Assembly (NCBI GenBank): GCA_965541585.1
Contig: CBEUCH010000002.1
Location: 160,001 to 224,000, forward strand
Origin: an uncultured bacterium
GTDB taxonomy: Bacteria > Zixibacteria > MSB-5A5 > UBA10806
DNA length: 64,000 nt
Reading direction: 5' to 3'
Shown: positions 28,004-37,840 of the stretch, piece after piece
Position numbering within the stretch: the first letter of the stretch is position 1
Layout: the number at the start of each line of letters is the position of its first letter
Notes under the pieces: generated by a model
The model's database searches: none
Seen by the model: the letters and a program-made list of their open reading frames with translations, nothing else
Told to the model about the DNA's origin: nothing
Made by a program: the position numbers and the translations under genes

Positions 28004-29400
28004 TGGTTGATAAATATCAGGTGGTGGTGATTGGCGCCGGGCCGGGTGGATACGTAGCGGCCATCCGTGCCGCTCAACTGGGATTGAAAACCGCAATTGT
28101 CGAAAAAGAATATGTCGGCGGGGTCTGTCTCAACTGGGGATGTATACCCTCGAAGGCGCTTCTGTATGTAACAGAACTGAAAAGGACGATCGAGGCTTCC
28201 AAAAGGCTTGGTATCAAGGCCGACAACGTTGAAATCGATATTGATAAGCTTCGCCAGCATAAAGATGCTACTATCAAACGTCTCACCGGCGGAGTGAGAC
28301 TTCTTCTGGAGAAAGCCAATGTCAAGATCTACAACGGGCAGGCGGCGTTTACATCCAAAAACCGAATCGAGATTATCAAGGGTGTTCACAAGACATATAT
28401 AGATTCCGATAATTTCATCATCGCAACCGGATCATCGACCTGGAGTCTTCCGGGGCTAAAGATAGACGGCAAGACAATTATCGGCGCTCGCGAGGCGATT
28501 GATCTTCCGGAGATCCCGAAAAGACTCGGTGTGATCGGGGCCGGTCCGATCGGTGTTGAGATGGCCACGGTATATAACACCCTCGGCTCGAAGGTAACGA
28601 TAATCGAACTTCTGGATTCGGTTCTGCCGATGCTGGATCAGGATATCTCAGCCGCCGCAGAGAGGGCTTTCGGGAAACAAGGGATGGAGATATTTACATC
28701 ATCGCAGGTGATATCGTCGGACAGGAGAGATGACGGTATCGATCTACAGGTAAAGACGCCCGAAGGCGATAAGTCCATGTCGTTCGATACGATCTTGATG
28801 GCGGTGGGGATGAAGCCCAACTCTAAGGGCCTGAAACTGGAAAAGGTCGGCGTCAAGACCGATGATAAAGGTTTTATCAATGTGGATCAGCGGATGCGGT
28901 CTAATGTATCAAATATATTTGCCATCGGCGATGTAACAGGCGGTTTGCTTCTGGCACACAAGGCTTCGCACGAGGGAATCGTGGCTGCCGAGGCTATAGC
29001 CGGATCGTCTGCAGAGGCGGATTGGAAAGCGGTTCCGTATGCCGTCTTCACCGATCCCGAAATTGCAGGAGTTGGAATTACCGAAAAAGAAGCGAAGGAA
29101 AAAGGCCGCAAGATCAAGATCGGTAATTTTCCGTATCGAGCGGTCGGTAAGGGAATAGCCACGCTGGCCACGGACGGTTTTGCCAAGGTCATATCAGATG
29201 CCGAGACCGACGAGATTTTAGGTATCCATATATTCGGCCCTCATTCGGGTGATATCATTTTTGCCGGAACCGCTATCATGGAATTCGAGGGGACATCCGA
29301 GGATCTGGGACATATCATGGCCATCCATCCGACTCTCTCAGAGGCGTTGATGGAGGCCGGATTGAATGTGCATAAAAAGGCGATACATATTATCAATTGA
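28000..29400 (+). CDS. lpdA: Dihydrolipoyl dehydrogenase (E3)
   Basis: GAGPGGYVAAIRAAQLG, GGVCLNWGCIPSK, AIGDV, LAHKA, HPTLSE. Confidence 0.96.
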   Translation: MMVDKYQVVVIGAGPGGYVAAIRAAQLGLKTAIVEKEYVGGVCLNWGCIPSKALLYVTELKRTIEASKRLGIKADNVEIDIDKLRQHKDATIKRLTGGVRLLLEKANVKIYNGQAAFTSKNRIEIIKGVHKTYIDSDNFIIATGSSTWSLPGLKIDGKTIIGAREAIDLPEIPKRLGVIGAGPIGVEMATVYNTLGSKVTIIELLDSVLPMLDQDISAAAERAFGKQGMEIFTSSQVISSDRRDDGIDLQVKTPEGDKSMSFDTILMAVGMKPNSKGLKLEKVGVKTDDKGFINVDQRMRSNVSNIFAIGDVTGGLLLAHKASHEGIVAAEAIAGSSAEADWKAVPYAVFTDPEIAGVGITEKEAKEKGRKIKIGNFPYRAVGKGIATLATDGFAKVISDAETDEILGIHIFGPHSGDIIFAGTAIMEFEGTSEDLGHIMAIHPTLSEALMEAGLNVHKKAIHIIN

Positions 29401-29513
29401 TCGACCGGATGATTACCCTCTTTTGACAGGGAATAGGCATTTTACTCCATGCGTCAGGATGGAAATAATAATGACACTCCTCCGGATCTTTAAGACCTGA
29501 CACCGTTTGAGCG

Positions 29514-29969
29514 ATGTCAGAAAGTAAAAGGCTTGCCGAGTTTTCCCAGGCGGTACGAGAATCCACATTAAAAAGGCTTCGGCTGGTCCCCGAGAGATTT
29601 GAAAACTGGCGCATATCCTCAGAGACCATGTCATTCGCCGATATGGCAAAGCATTTGATCGATGCTGACAACTGGCTTTTTGAAAAGCTCAAAATTAAGA
29701 ATCTAAAAGCGATGACAGGGCAACCCAATCTTGTGGAGATAACTGATCGAAACCAATATGACGATCTGCTCGGCGAGCTGGAGCAGACAGGTGAGCGGCG
29801 CAAAAGCATGCTCGATAAGATCACCGAGGAGGAACTCTCGGAGATGATCCATGATGATCGATTCGGCGGCGAGGCCAGCGTCTGGTGGATTATTATGAGA
29901 GGATGCCTCGATCACGAGATTCATCATAGAGGTCAGATCTCCGCATATTTGAGAGCCATCGACCACTAG
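29514..29969 (+). CDS. DinB family protein
   Basis: WR...MSF..MAKHL, HEIHHRGQI..YLR. Confidence 0.85.
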   Translation: MSESKRLAEFSQAVRESTLKRLRLVPERFENWRISSETMSFADMAKHLIDADNWLFEKLKIKNLKAMTGQPNLVEITDRNQYDDLLGELEQTGERRKSMLDKITEEELSEMIHDDRFGGEASVWWIIMRGCLDHEIHHRGQISAYLRAIDH

Positions 29970-30101
29970 AAATAGATTGCAGCTTACTCTCCTGCGTCCT
30001 GACATTATTTTATCGATCCTCAAATCGTCCTGGATATTGACAGCTACTATTAAAAAGTATTAGATTATCCTCAATCGAAACCCATAAGCAAAAAGGGGAT
30101 A

Positions 30102-31361
30102 ATGATGGGACACATGGTTGGAAAGGATATTTATCGGAAACTCGGCAAGAAGATCGATAACCTTACAATGCGGGTTCCCTGGACCGATTCGTTTTACGAG
30201 ATCTTAAAAGAGCTATATACGACCGAGGAAGCCGAATTGATAATCAAGATGCCTTACGGTCTATCAGCCGTAGAGCAAATCGAAAGAGTGACCGGTTACG
30301 AGGGATCGAAATTGAAAAGGATGCTCGATGGCCTTTGTGCAAAGGGCCTCGTTATAGACATCTGGACCGGGAAAGACTTTCGCTATATAATTTCTCCTCT
30401 GATCATCGGGATATTCGAATTCACCATGATGAGGACCGGCGAGGGACTCAACTCGAAAGAGTGGGCGAAGCTTTTTTATAATTATCTGAACGAAGAAAAT
30501 ACATTCTATAAGGCGAATTTTAAGAATGGTCAGAAGGTCATGCCGTTGAGGACACTGCCGCACGAGAAAGCTATCGAAACCGATCAATATGTTGAGATCC
30601 TGGATTACGAGAAGGTTTCCGCTATAGTAGAGAATTCGAATAAATTCGCCGTTGGTATCTGCTCCTGCCGTCATGAAAAACAGCATCTGGGCAAGAAAGA
30701 ATGCGACGCCCCTCTCGAGGTCTGTTCGACTTTCGACGGTGCGACAAATTATATGATCAGACACAAATTCGCCCGGGAGATATCGAAGACAGAAATGATG
30801 GAAAACCTGGCTCGCTCCAGGGAGATGGGGCTTGTATTCTGCGCCGATAATGTCAAAAAGAACGTCTCATTTATCTGCCATTGCTGCGGGTGCTGCTGTA
30901 ATGCGTTAGCGGGGATAGCGAAATTCGGGTATCCCAATGCGGTGGTAACATCGAGTTTTATCGCCAACAACGATCATGATACCTGCGCCGAATGCGGCAC
31001 CTGCGCCGACGTTTGCCCGGTGAAGGCCATCACCATGCAGCCCGACGGCAAACCCGAAATCGATTCGAAATTCTGCATAGGCTGCGGAGTATGCGGCCTC
31101 AAGTGCACCACGGAGTCGATGAAACTGGTCAAACGTAAACAACGGGTGCTCCATCCGGAGGATACTTTTGAGAAGGCGATATTGCAGAGCCTTGAAAGAG
31201 GGACACTGCAGAACCTGCTGTTTAATAATCCCCAGAGCGTCACCCATACGTTTATGCGCGGCTTTGTAGGGGCGTTTTTGAAACTCCCGCCGATGAAGAA
31301 ATCGTTGATGAGCGACACCCTGCGCTCGAGATTTCTGGAATTTATGAAGCGGGGAGGTTAG
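30102..31361 (+). CDS. 4Fe-4S dicluster domain protein
   Basis: CSCRH, ICHCCGCCC, CAECGTCADVCP, CIGCGVCGLKC. Confidence 0.85.
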   Translation: MMGHMVGKDIYRKLGKKIDNLTMRVPWTDSFYEILKELYTTEEAELIIKMPYGLSAVEQIERVTGYEGSKLKRMLDGLCAKGLVIDIWTGKDFRYIISPLIIGIFEFTMMRTGEGLNSKEWAKLFYNYLNEENTFYKANFKNGQKVMPLRTLPHEKAIETDQYVEILDYEKVSAIVENSNKFAVGICSCRHEKQHLGKKECDAPLEVCSTFDGATNYMIRHKFAREISKTEMMENLARSREMGLVFCADNVKKNVSFICHCCGCCCNALAGIAKFGYPNAVVTSSFIANNDHDTCAECGTCADVCPVKAITMQPDGKPEIDSKFCIGCGVCGLKCTTESMKLVKRKQRVLHPEDTFEKAILQSLERGTLQNLLFNNPQSVTHTFMRGFVGAFLKLPPMKKSLMSDTLRSRFLEFMKRGG

Positions 31362-31434
31362 CGGATAGTTTTTGCAGGCGTGGATTGAGCTTGTATGCCG
31401 AGGTAAGCGATCCGTTATCAGACGATAAAAAGAG

Positions 31435-32313
31435 ATGAAATCTAACTGTCAATCCGAAGTAGGAAAAATCGAGAGACTCTTATTAAAGCATCCCCGAGAT
31501 GCTTTCTTGAATCAGGAAAATATCAACAATCAATGGCAGAAGCTCAATTATTCCGGTTGTCCGGATTATGATCCGGTGATGGTGGAATACGATAGCTTCG
31601 TAGATCTTTTGAAACGGGATGTGTCGGAAATCCATTTTCTTCCTCAAAGCGGCAGAACAGGTCTCGATTCTGTCTATGTGCACGACCCGGTGATAATTGC
31701 ACAAAAGGGTGCCATCCTCTGCAGCATGGGCAAACAGGATCGCCGGGGGGAACCGGCGGCGGTGGCAGAATTTCTGGTCAATCAGGATATCCAGATCGTC
31801 GGCGCCATAACCGGTGCGGGAAGACTGGAGGGAGGCGATGTCTTATGGCTGGGTGGACGGACTCTGGCGGTCGGGCTGGGGTATCGAACCAACGAGGACG
31901 GCATCCGGCAGCTGAAGGAACTCACGGAAGATATTATCGATGAGTTCATGGTGGTTCCGCTGCCCCACTGGTCGGGGCCGGACAACGTCCTCCACCTCAT
32001 GAGTCTCATCAGTCCCGTCGATTTTGACCTGGCGGTGGTATACTCGAGATTGCTCCCGGTGCCTTTCAGAAAATGGCTTATCGATCGGGGGATGAAGCTT
32101 ATCGAAGTGCCGGATACCGAATTTGAAACCATGGCCTGCAACGTTCTGGCCGTCGCCCCCCGGAAATGTATCGTACTTTCCGGAAATCCTATAACAAAAC
32201 GAATGCTTGAAGATGAGGGTGTCGAGGTCCGGGAATTTCGAGGTGATGAGATTTGCAGAAAAGGCGCCGGCGGCCCGACATGCCTTACCAGGCCGTTGCT
32301 GAGGGTAGAGTGA
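31435..32313 (+). CDS. Amidinotransferase / dimethylarginine dimethylaminohydrolase family
   Basis: DSVYVHDP, RRGE, LEGGD, RTN, LHL, GGPTCLT. Confidence 0.88.
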   Translation: MKSNCQSEVGKIERLLLKHPRDAFLNQENINNQWQKLNYSGCPDYDPVMVEYDSFVDLLKRDVSEIHFLPQSGRTGLDSVYVHDPVIIAQKGAILCSMGKQDRRGEPAAVAEFLVNQDIQIVGAITGAGRLEGGDVLWLGGRTLAVGLGYRTNEDGIRQLKELTEDIIDEFMVVPLPHWSGPDNVLHLMSLISPVDFDLAVVYSRLLPVPFRKWLIDRGMKLIEVPDTEFETMACNVLAVAPRKCIVLSGNPITKRMLEDEGVEVREFRGDEICRKGAGGPTCLTRPLLRVE

Positions 32314-32421
32314 AACGGCGGGTTGATCACAGATGAACACCTGCGGAAAACAGTAAAAAATGGTCGCCAGGCGATCCCGCCCGCCACAACAGAATCTATA
32401 TAGGAATCAGATCTGATGTTC

Positions 32422-33072
32422 TTATACAATGACAGTTCTGCGTCTGCGAACGGCGACCGTGCCAATCGCCAGTATCAGCAGGGCCATTATTAACATTCCC
32501 CATTGGGAGAGGGTGGGGACGTTATTTTCCTCTTGCACGAATACGAAAAGAGTATCGGATGTGGTAAAAAAGCCACTACCATCTCCGTAAAAGCAGACGG
32601 TATGAAAAGGCAGGATATAGTCGCCGGGTGCTTCGAATAATATTTCGTATTGCAATGATAGCACCTGGCCTGTTCCGACAGTATTGTCGAATGGACCGGG
32701 TTCACCGGGGAAACCAAGTACCCACCTGTACGTATCGAAACAGCGTATCATCTGGTCAGGCAATGCTCCCGAATAATAGAATGAGATCGGAAAGCCGTCG
32801 ATGGCAATATGTGAAGAAACTATAACGAATTCAGGAGGTAAATTTTCAGCCAGATACATGCCCGACAGATGGAACGGTTCACTATTGGCAACAGTCCGGG
32901 TAATCACCAGCGTATCGGAGATCCCCGGGTACGTTGCAGATAATTCATATTCACAGGTAATATCGTAGCCGGATGGATGCAGTGTATCCTGACCGGATGA
33001 GGTGGACGGAAAAAGGATCAGACAACTCGATATATATAATATAGATCTAGTGATCCTGGCCAGCATGGCCAT
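32422..33072 (-). CDS. Secreted Ig-like (DUF11-like) protein with IPTL-CTERM sorting signal
   Basis: Signal peptide; C-terminal VPTLSQWG + TM helix + RRRR; GGAGG SD. Confidence 0.85.
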   Translation of the reverse strand: MAMLARITRSILYISSCLILFPSTSSGQDTLHPSGYDITCEYELSATYPGISDTLVITRTVANSEPFHLSGMYLAENLPPEFVIVSSHIAIDGFPISFYYSGALPDQMIRCFDTYRWVLGFPGEPGPFDNTVGTGQVLSLQYEILFEAPGDYILPFHTVCFYGDGSGFFTTSDTLFVFVQEENNVPTLSQWGMLIMALLILAIGTVAVRRRRTVIV

Positions 33073-33332
33073 TCCTCCGATTTTGCGCCTTTTTCGATTG
33101 ACCGGGAATGATCCTGGACGTTTGCCGAAGTTCTCAACAACTAAGATTCAAACCCCTCCCTTTTAAAATAACCTGCAGACGCCGGACCCTGCAACTGATT
33201 TTTCCGGATTAAATTACCCCTAACGATACGCATCACCTACCGCTTTGGCGCGGAGCGAGGAACCAGCGCAGCGGAAAAGCGGCCGGGTGAATGGCCATGT
33301 CAGGCTACTTGTTCTTCCTGATTACAAGAACT

Positions 33333-34094
33333 TCAGATCTCTGTTTTCACAAAAATATCGCCATAAATAAATCCTTTCCATGATGAAATCTTATTAGGGA
33401 ATAAGTCTAGAAATTCTTCTTTAGCCATCCAGTCGTGACATGCAAACACGAGATTCTCTGCCGGTGTAATATTAATCAGCAGCCTCCCGAAATTTGACAG
33501 ATAATCGATACAAGCAATCGTTTTCGCAACATCACCTTTTTTGCTAAGATGATACTCAAGCGAAATATGTGTAATTGGCTGGCTTAGCCCTCTGAGAACT
33601 TCAAATTCAAATCCTTCCACATCAATCTTAATGTACAAAGGCTTACCATATTTTACTATCATCTCATCTAAAGTAACAATAGAAGCTTCAATGGTTGACT
33701 CAATTCCAACGTTCCAGTCTTCAAGGAAACCAGATTCCCCTCTATCTGCGCGTACATGAAACACACGTTTTTCAGTTTTAGAGCCCAAAGCTAGTTCCGA
33801 TATATTTAGATTTCTATTGTTCCCACATCGCGCTTTTAGTTCCTTTCTACAATCTGGTTGTGGCTCAAATGCAATAACCTTTGCGTCCAACTCTAGAAAT
33901 ATTCTTGTTTTCTCCCCGTAGTTTGCTCCAACGTCGAAAACAAGATCGCCCTTCATTATGAGGTTAGAGTAAAAGGCCAGATCTTTCTTCTCTCGGCGCA
34001 ATTCTTCTCTATGCAAAAAATTCCGATTAAACCATCTTGCCTGCCGATACAAACCGAATCTACGCGAAATGTTCTTTATAATTGTGTAGCTCAT
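33333..34094 (-). CDS. FkbM family methyltransferase
   Basis: FDVGANYG, AFEPQP, TLD, IKIDVEGFEFEVLRG; AT-rich. Confidence 0.9.
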   Translation of the reverse strand: MSYTIIKNISRRFGLYRQARWFNRNFLHREELRREKKDLAFYSNLIMKGDLVFDVGANYGEKTRIFLELDAKVIAFEPQPDCRKELKARCGNNRNLNISELALGSKTEKRVFHVRADRGESGFLEDWNVGIESTIEASIVTLDEMIVKYGKPLYIKIDVEGFEFEVLRGLSQPITHISLEYHLSKKGDVAKTIACIDYLSNFGRLLINITPAENLVFACHDWMAKEEFLDLFPNKISSWKGFIYGDIFVKTEI

Positions 34095-34314
34095 CCGAAA
34101 CTTTTCCTTTTACACTGCGGATGGTCAGCAAGATTGATTTGTTCAGCCTAACATAATATCATACAAATCGCCCTCATATCAAGGTAGTCTACCCGATAGC
34201 AATGTCAACAAGAATCAAGGAAAAAGATAAAATCCTCACCGCGTATCAGCATCTTCTCTTTAAGTAGAAAAAAGACCTATGTGCTTGTATGGTAAAATAT
34301 ACAGATTGTATGGA

Positions 34315-35277
34315 TTATAACCCCAGCGGCGGTTTTCTCAGATATTCCGTAGTTCGCCTTTTCTGATCGATATCGTGCCAGACACGCTCCACCTGTTCCA
34401 CAGTCAAACCCATGACCCCGGCAACTTCTGAAGCCGGGAATCCACCCTCTTTGGCAAGCCATAGATGATCCATGATCGCAAACTCCAGGCCGAAAAAGAA
34501 TTCCTCCTGGCTCACCTCGGATGGATAGGTCTCGGCGGATGGGATTCGTGATCGTATCTTCTCGGAGATATCGAGGTATTCCGCCAGCTGGAAAATCTGA
34601 GTCTTATAGAAACCGACTATCGGTTTGAGATCGACGCCGCCATCGCCGTATTTGACGAAGAATCCCTGGTCGTATTCGTTTTTGTTGGCAGTACCGATCA
34701 CGGCGTAGTTGCGGGATTCAGCGTGGTAATAAAGCGTCAACATCCTGATCCGCTGTTTCATGTTGGAGGCCGCCACAATCTTGAGGAAGGGTTTCAATGG
34801 CAATCGCTTCTCCATTTTCTCACCATCCGGCGATTCCACTGCCAGCCGAAAAACATTGATTCTATCTGACTGGAGTATATTGGATGGCAAAACTATTTTG
34901 GCTTTCCAGCCTTCCACCCATTCGGGGAATACCTGTCTGAAGCCGTCGTCGCGATTCTTATAACATCCTGCGGCCTTAAGCGGCTCGGTGACGTTATTGA
35001 TTTCATATTCGAATCCCATTGTCCTGGCGAGATCGATAGCCAGTTCCGTCGATTCGGGTGAGTTATCCTGGTCGGGCAAGATGAGGCCTCTCACCTTTTC
35101 CGGGCCGAAAGCCTTTACACATAGCGCTGCTACCACGGAAGAGTCGACTCCCCCGGATATTCCCACAATTGCCCCGTGACGTTTAAGCTGCTTAAAAACC
35201 TGGTGTTTTAGTTTCTCGATAATATCGCCGACTACTTTTTGGCAGTCGATCTTTATTAAATCCCTGGAAAACTTCAC
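34315..35277 (-). CDS. nadE: NH3-dependent NAD+ synthetase-like protein (likely a cluster-specific paralog)
   Basis: GISGGVDS, NMKQR.RM..LYYHA, GT.NK.E...GFFVKYGDGG.D, PSAET. Confidence 0.8.
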   Translation of the reverse strand: MKFSRDLIKIDCQKVVGDIIEKLKHQVFKQLKRHGAIVGISGGVDSSVVAALCVKAFGPEKVRGLILPDQDNSPESTELAIDLARTMGFEYEINNVTEPLKAAGCYKNRDDGFRQVFPEWVEGWKAKIVLPSNILQSDRINVFRLAVESPDGEKMEKRLPLKPFLKIVAASNMKQRIRMLTLYYHAESRNYAVIGTANKNEYDQGFFVKYGDGGVDLKPIVGFYKTQIFQLAEYLDISEKIRSRIPSAETYPSEVSQEEFFFGLEFAIMDHLWLAKEGGFPASEVAGVMGLTVEQVERVWHDIDQKRRTTEYLRKPPLGL

Positions 35278-35290
35278 GCCGACAATCCCA

Positions 35291-35539
35291 CTATTTAGAT
35301 TGTTTCTTCTGAATGAATTTTACAAGATTGTTTATCGAATCGAGGTTCTCCGGGACGAGTTCCTCGTCCTCGATCTGGATATGATAATTCTCCTCGAGAA
35401 AGCCTACGAGTTCCAAAACTCCCGTGGAATCGATTATCCCTTTATCCAAAAGGGAATCTGAATCGGTAAGCTCTTCCGGATTCATGCCCAGCATGAAATT
35501 TTCGACAATGAAGTTTCTGATTTCCGCAGGTAGCGCCAA
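35291..35539 (-). CDS. Acyl carrier protein
   Basis: 82 aa, acidic; SLLDKGIIDSTGVLEL (phosphopantetheine Ser), PENLDSI. Confidence 0.9.
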   Translation of the reverse strand: MALPAEIRNFIVENFMLGMNPEELTDSDSLLDKGIIDSTGVLELVGFLEENYHIQIEDEELVPENLDSINNLVKFIQKKQSK

Positions 35540-35751
35540 GATTCCTCCTTAAAAGCCTCTTCGCCCCGATCTGATTTATCGTTCTATTCGAATCCTGTTT
35601 CTACGCCGACGGCCTTAAGCGCTTCAACCGATCAGGTCGGATGGTCGGCAACACCCACATAGAATCGTCGACCCTAATTCGTCGTTCTTTATTAAGTATA
35701 AATAACGCTTTTGTAAATTTAAAAGATCCAATTCCCGAACGATTGGCCATA

Positions 35752-37755
35752 CTATATTCTATCATCCGGTGCCTCCACTGAGGAGTCGTGCCAGACTTTG
35801 AATGAGGCTCTGTCTAAATCTTCGGCGACCGGGAAATTGTCGATAAAACGGTCAATCAGAAGCTGTGTAGACATGATGCCGATAAACGACATGTTATCCT
35901 TGAAAGAGAGATGAGCATGATAAAGCCTGGCGCACTTAGCTTTCAGCCTGGCCACAAAGGCAGGGTTGAAGATCCCCGCTTTTTCCAGAGACGTCTCCGA
36001 TAGCATCTCATCGATGTACGATGGAGAATCCGGTTGAAAGAAGCTGTTGGAGTCCGGGGCCATATAGGGTTGCTTGACCCGTTCGGTAATCTCAGGAGGC
36101 AGCTCTTCTCTCATGGCTTTCTTGAGAACCAGCTTTTCTTTCAGGCCGAGGATTTTGTGCCAGGGAGGGATGCTGGCTCCGAACTCGACGATCCGGTGAT
36201 CCAGAAACGGAAATCGCCCCTCGACGGAGTTGGCGGCTGAGACTCTATCTCCTTGGGAGGAAAGCAGATACCCGGAAAGCAGGGAGCTGGCCTCCAGAAA
36301 TTGAGCCCTTGAGAGATGATGCCATTTGAAAAAGTCCTCGGGGATATATCTCGCGTATGACTCAACGGAGTCGTAATCCCCTATTTGCGTTTTCACATCC
36401 TCAGTAAAATAATCCTTAACCTTGGTGGTCGTGTTTATCCTGGGAATATGAGAGAAATAAAACTTATCGGTTTCCGAAAGGCCGGCCTTGTAAAACGTCT
36501 CCAGGTAGAATCTGGCTCTCGCCGCTGAAAGAGGCAACGTTGGATACAGCCGTCGGAGAAGCGCCGGGCGCCAGGAAGATTCGGGATTCTTTGCCCAGAA
36601 TCTACGAATCAGCGTTTCCTTGAAAATGTCATATCCTGCGAGGATCTCATCGGAACCCTCGCCGGTCAGGACCACCTTGAAATTGTTTCGCCTGACCAGA
36701 CCGGAGAGCATATAAAGCGGCGTGGGGGCGGTTCGCAGGATAGGGCGTTCCGTGTGCCAGATGACTTTCGGGAAATTTTCAGCTATGTCGTGATAGGTGC
36801 ACTCTATTTGATGGTGGTTGGTACCCAGGAATTCCGACATCTGCTTTTGGTAGCCCGATTCATCGTAGGCCTTGTCATGAAAAGCGATGGAGAAGCTCTC
36901 GACTTTGGTGTCGGTGAAGTTTTTTATCAGGGCAGTGGTCGCCGACGAATCCAGCCCGCCGGAGAGGTAGGCCCCAACCGGAACATCCGCCCTCAACCGC
37001 AGCCTGACGGAATCCACCAACAAGGCATGAAGCTCCTCGGCCCAGGAATCGAGGCTTCTTTTATGGTCGAAGCTCTCGGGAAACTCCATCCGCCAATAGC
37101 GGTCGATGTTAACCTTGCCGTCTCTGATATCAATATATGAGCCCGCTTCCAATTCGTTGATGTTCTCAAAAGCAGTCCGCGGCGCCGCCGTTGTCCACCA
37201 GGTGAAAATCTCGTCCAACCCCGATAGATCCAGTCTCCTGGGAATCGAGCTATCACAGAAGATCGATTTTATCTCCGAGGCGAAATAGAAACGACCGTTA
37301 TGAGTGGTGTAGAAAACCGGTCTGATTCCCAGTCTATCCCGGGCGATGAATAGAGACCTCGCCCGCTTATTATAGATGGCAAATGCGAATTGGCCGTTGA
37401 AATGGTTCATGCAGTCTCTGCCCCACTCCTCGTAGGCGTGGACGATCACCTCGGTATCCGATCGGGTCTTAAATTTATGCCCCGATTTTATCAGTTGAGC
37501 GCGCAGTTCTATATAGTTGAATATTTCACCGTTAAATGTAATCCAGACAGTGCCATCTTCGTTGCACAGAGGCTGCGAGCCTGTTTGTAGATCGATGATA
37601 GACAGGCGCGCCTGGCCTAAAACAGATTTATTATCGAGATAGACGCCGAATTCGTCGGGCCCCCGATGGCGGATAATATTGACCATACGCCCGATAAGCT
37701 CTCTATCCGGAGGCGCTTCGCCCCGGAGCTGAAAATATCCCGCTATGCCGCACAT
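35752..37755 (-). CDS. asnB: Asparagine synthase (glutamine-hydrolysing) family amidotransferase
   Basis: MCGIAG, HRGPD, RLSIID, NGEIFN, LSGGLDSS, TGEGSDE, E.RFPFLD. Confidence 0.92.
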   Translation of the reverse strand: MCGIAGYFQLRGEAPPDRELIGRMVNIIRHRGPDEFGVYLDNKSVLGQARLSIIDLQTGSQPLCNEDGTVWITFNGEIFNYIELRAQLIKSGHKFKTRSDTEVIVHAYEEWGRDCMNHFNGQFAFAIYNKRARSLFIARDRLGIRPVFYTTHNGRFYFASEIKSIFCDSSIPRRLDLSGLDEIFTWWTTAAPRTAFENINELEAGSYIDIRDGKVNIDRYWRMEFPESFDHKRSLDSWAEELHALLVDSVRLRLRADVPVGAYLSGGLDSSATTALIKNFTDTKVESFSIAFHDKAYDESGYQKQMSEFLGTNHHQIECTYHDIAENFPKVIWHTERPILRTAPTPLYMLSGLVRRNNFKVVLTGEGSDEILAGYDIFKETLIRRFWAKNPESSWRPALLRRLYPTLPLSAARARFYLETFYKAGLSETDKFYFSHIPRINTTTKVKDYFTEDVKTQIGDYDSVESYARYIPEDFFKWHHLSRAQFLEASSLLSGYLLSSQGDRVSAANSVEGRFPFLDHRIVEFGASIPPWHKILGLKEKLVLKKAMREELPPEITERVKQPYMAPDSNSFFQPDSPSYIDEMLSETSLEKAGIFNPAFVARLKAKCARLYHAHLSFKDNMSFIGIMSTQLLIDRFIDNFPVAEDLDRASFKVWHDSSVEAPDDRI

Positions 37756-37840
37756 AATATGGTTCTAAACCGCAACAGAAATGATCTCTGCTTCCTCCTT
37801 GATTATCGGGACCGAAAAGAACGATCGATGCGAATCCCGG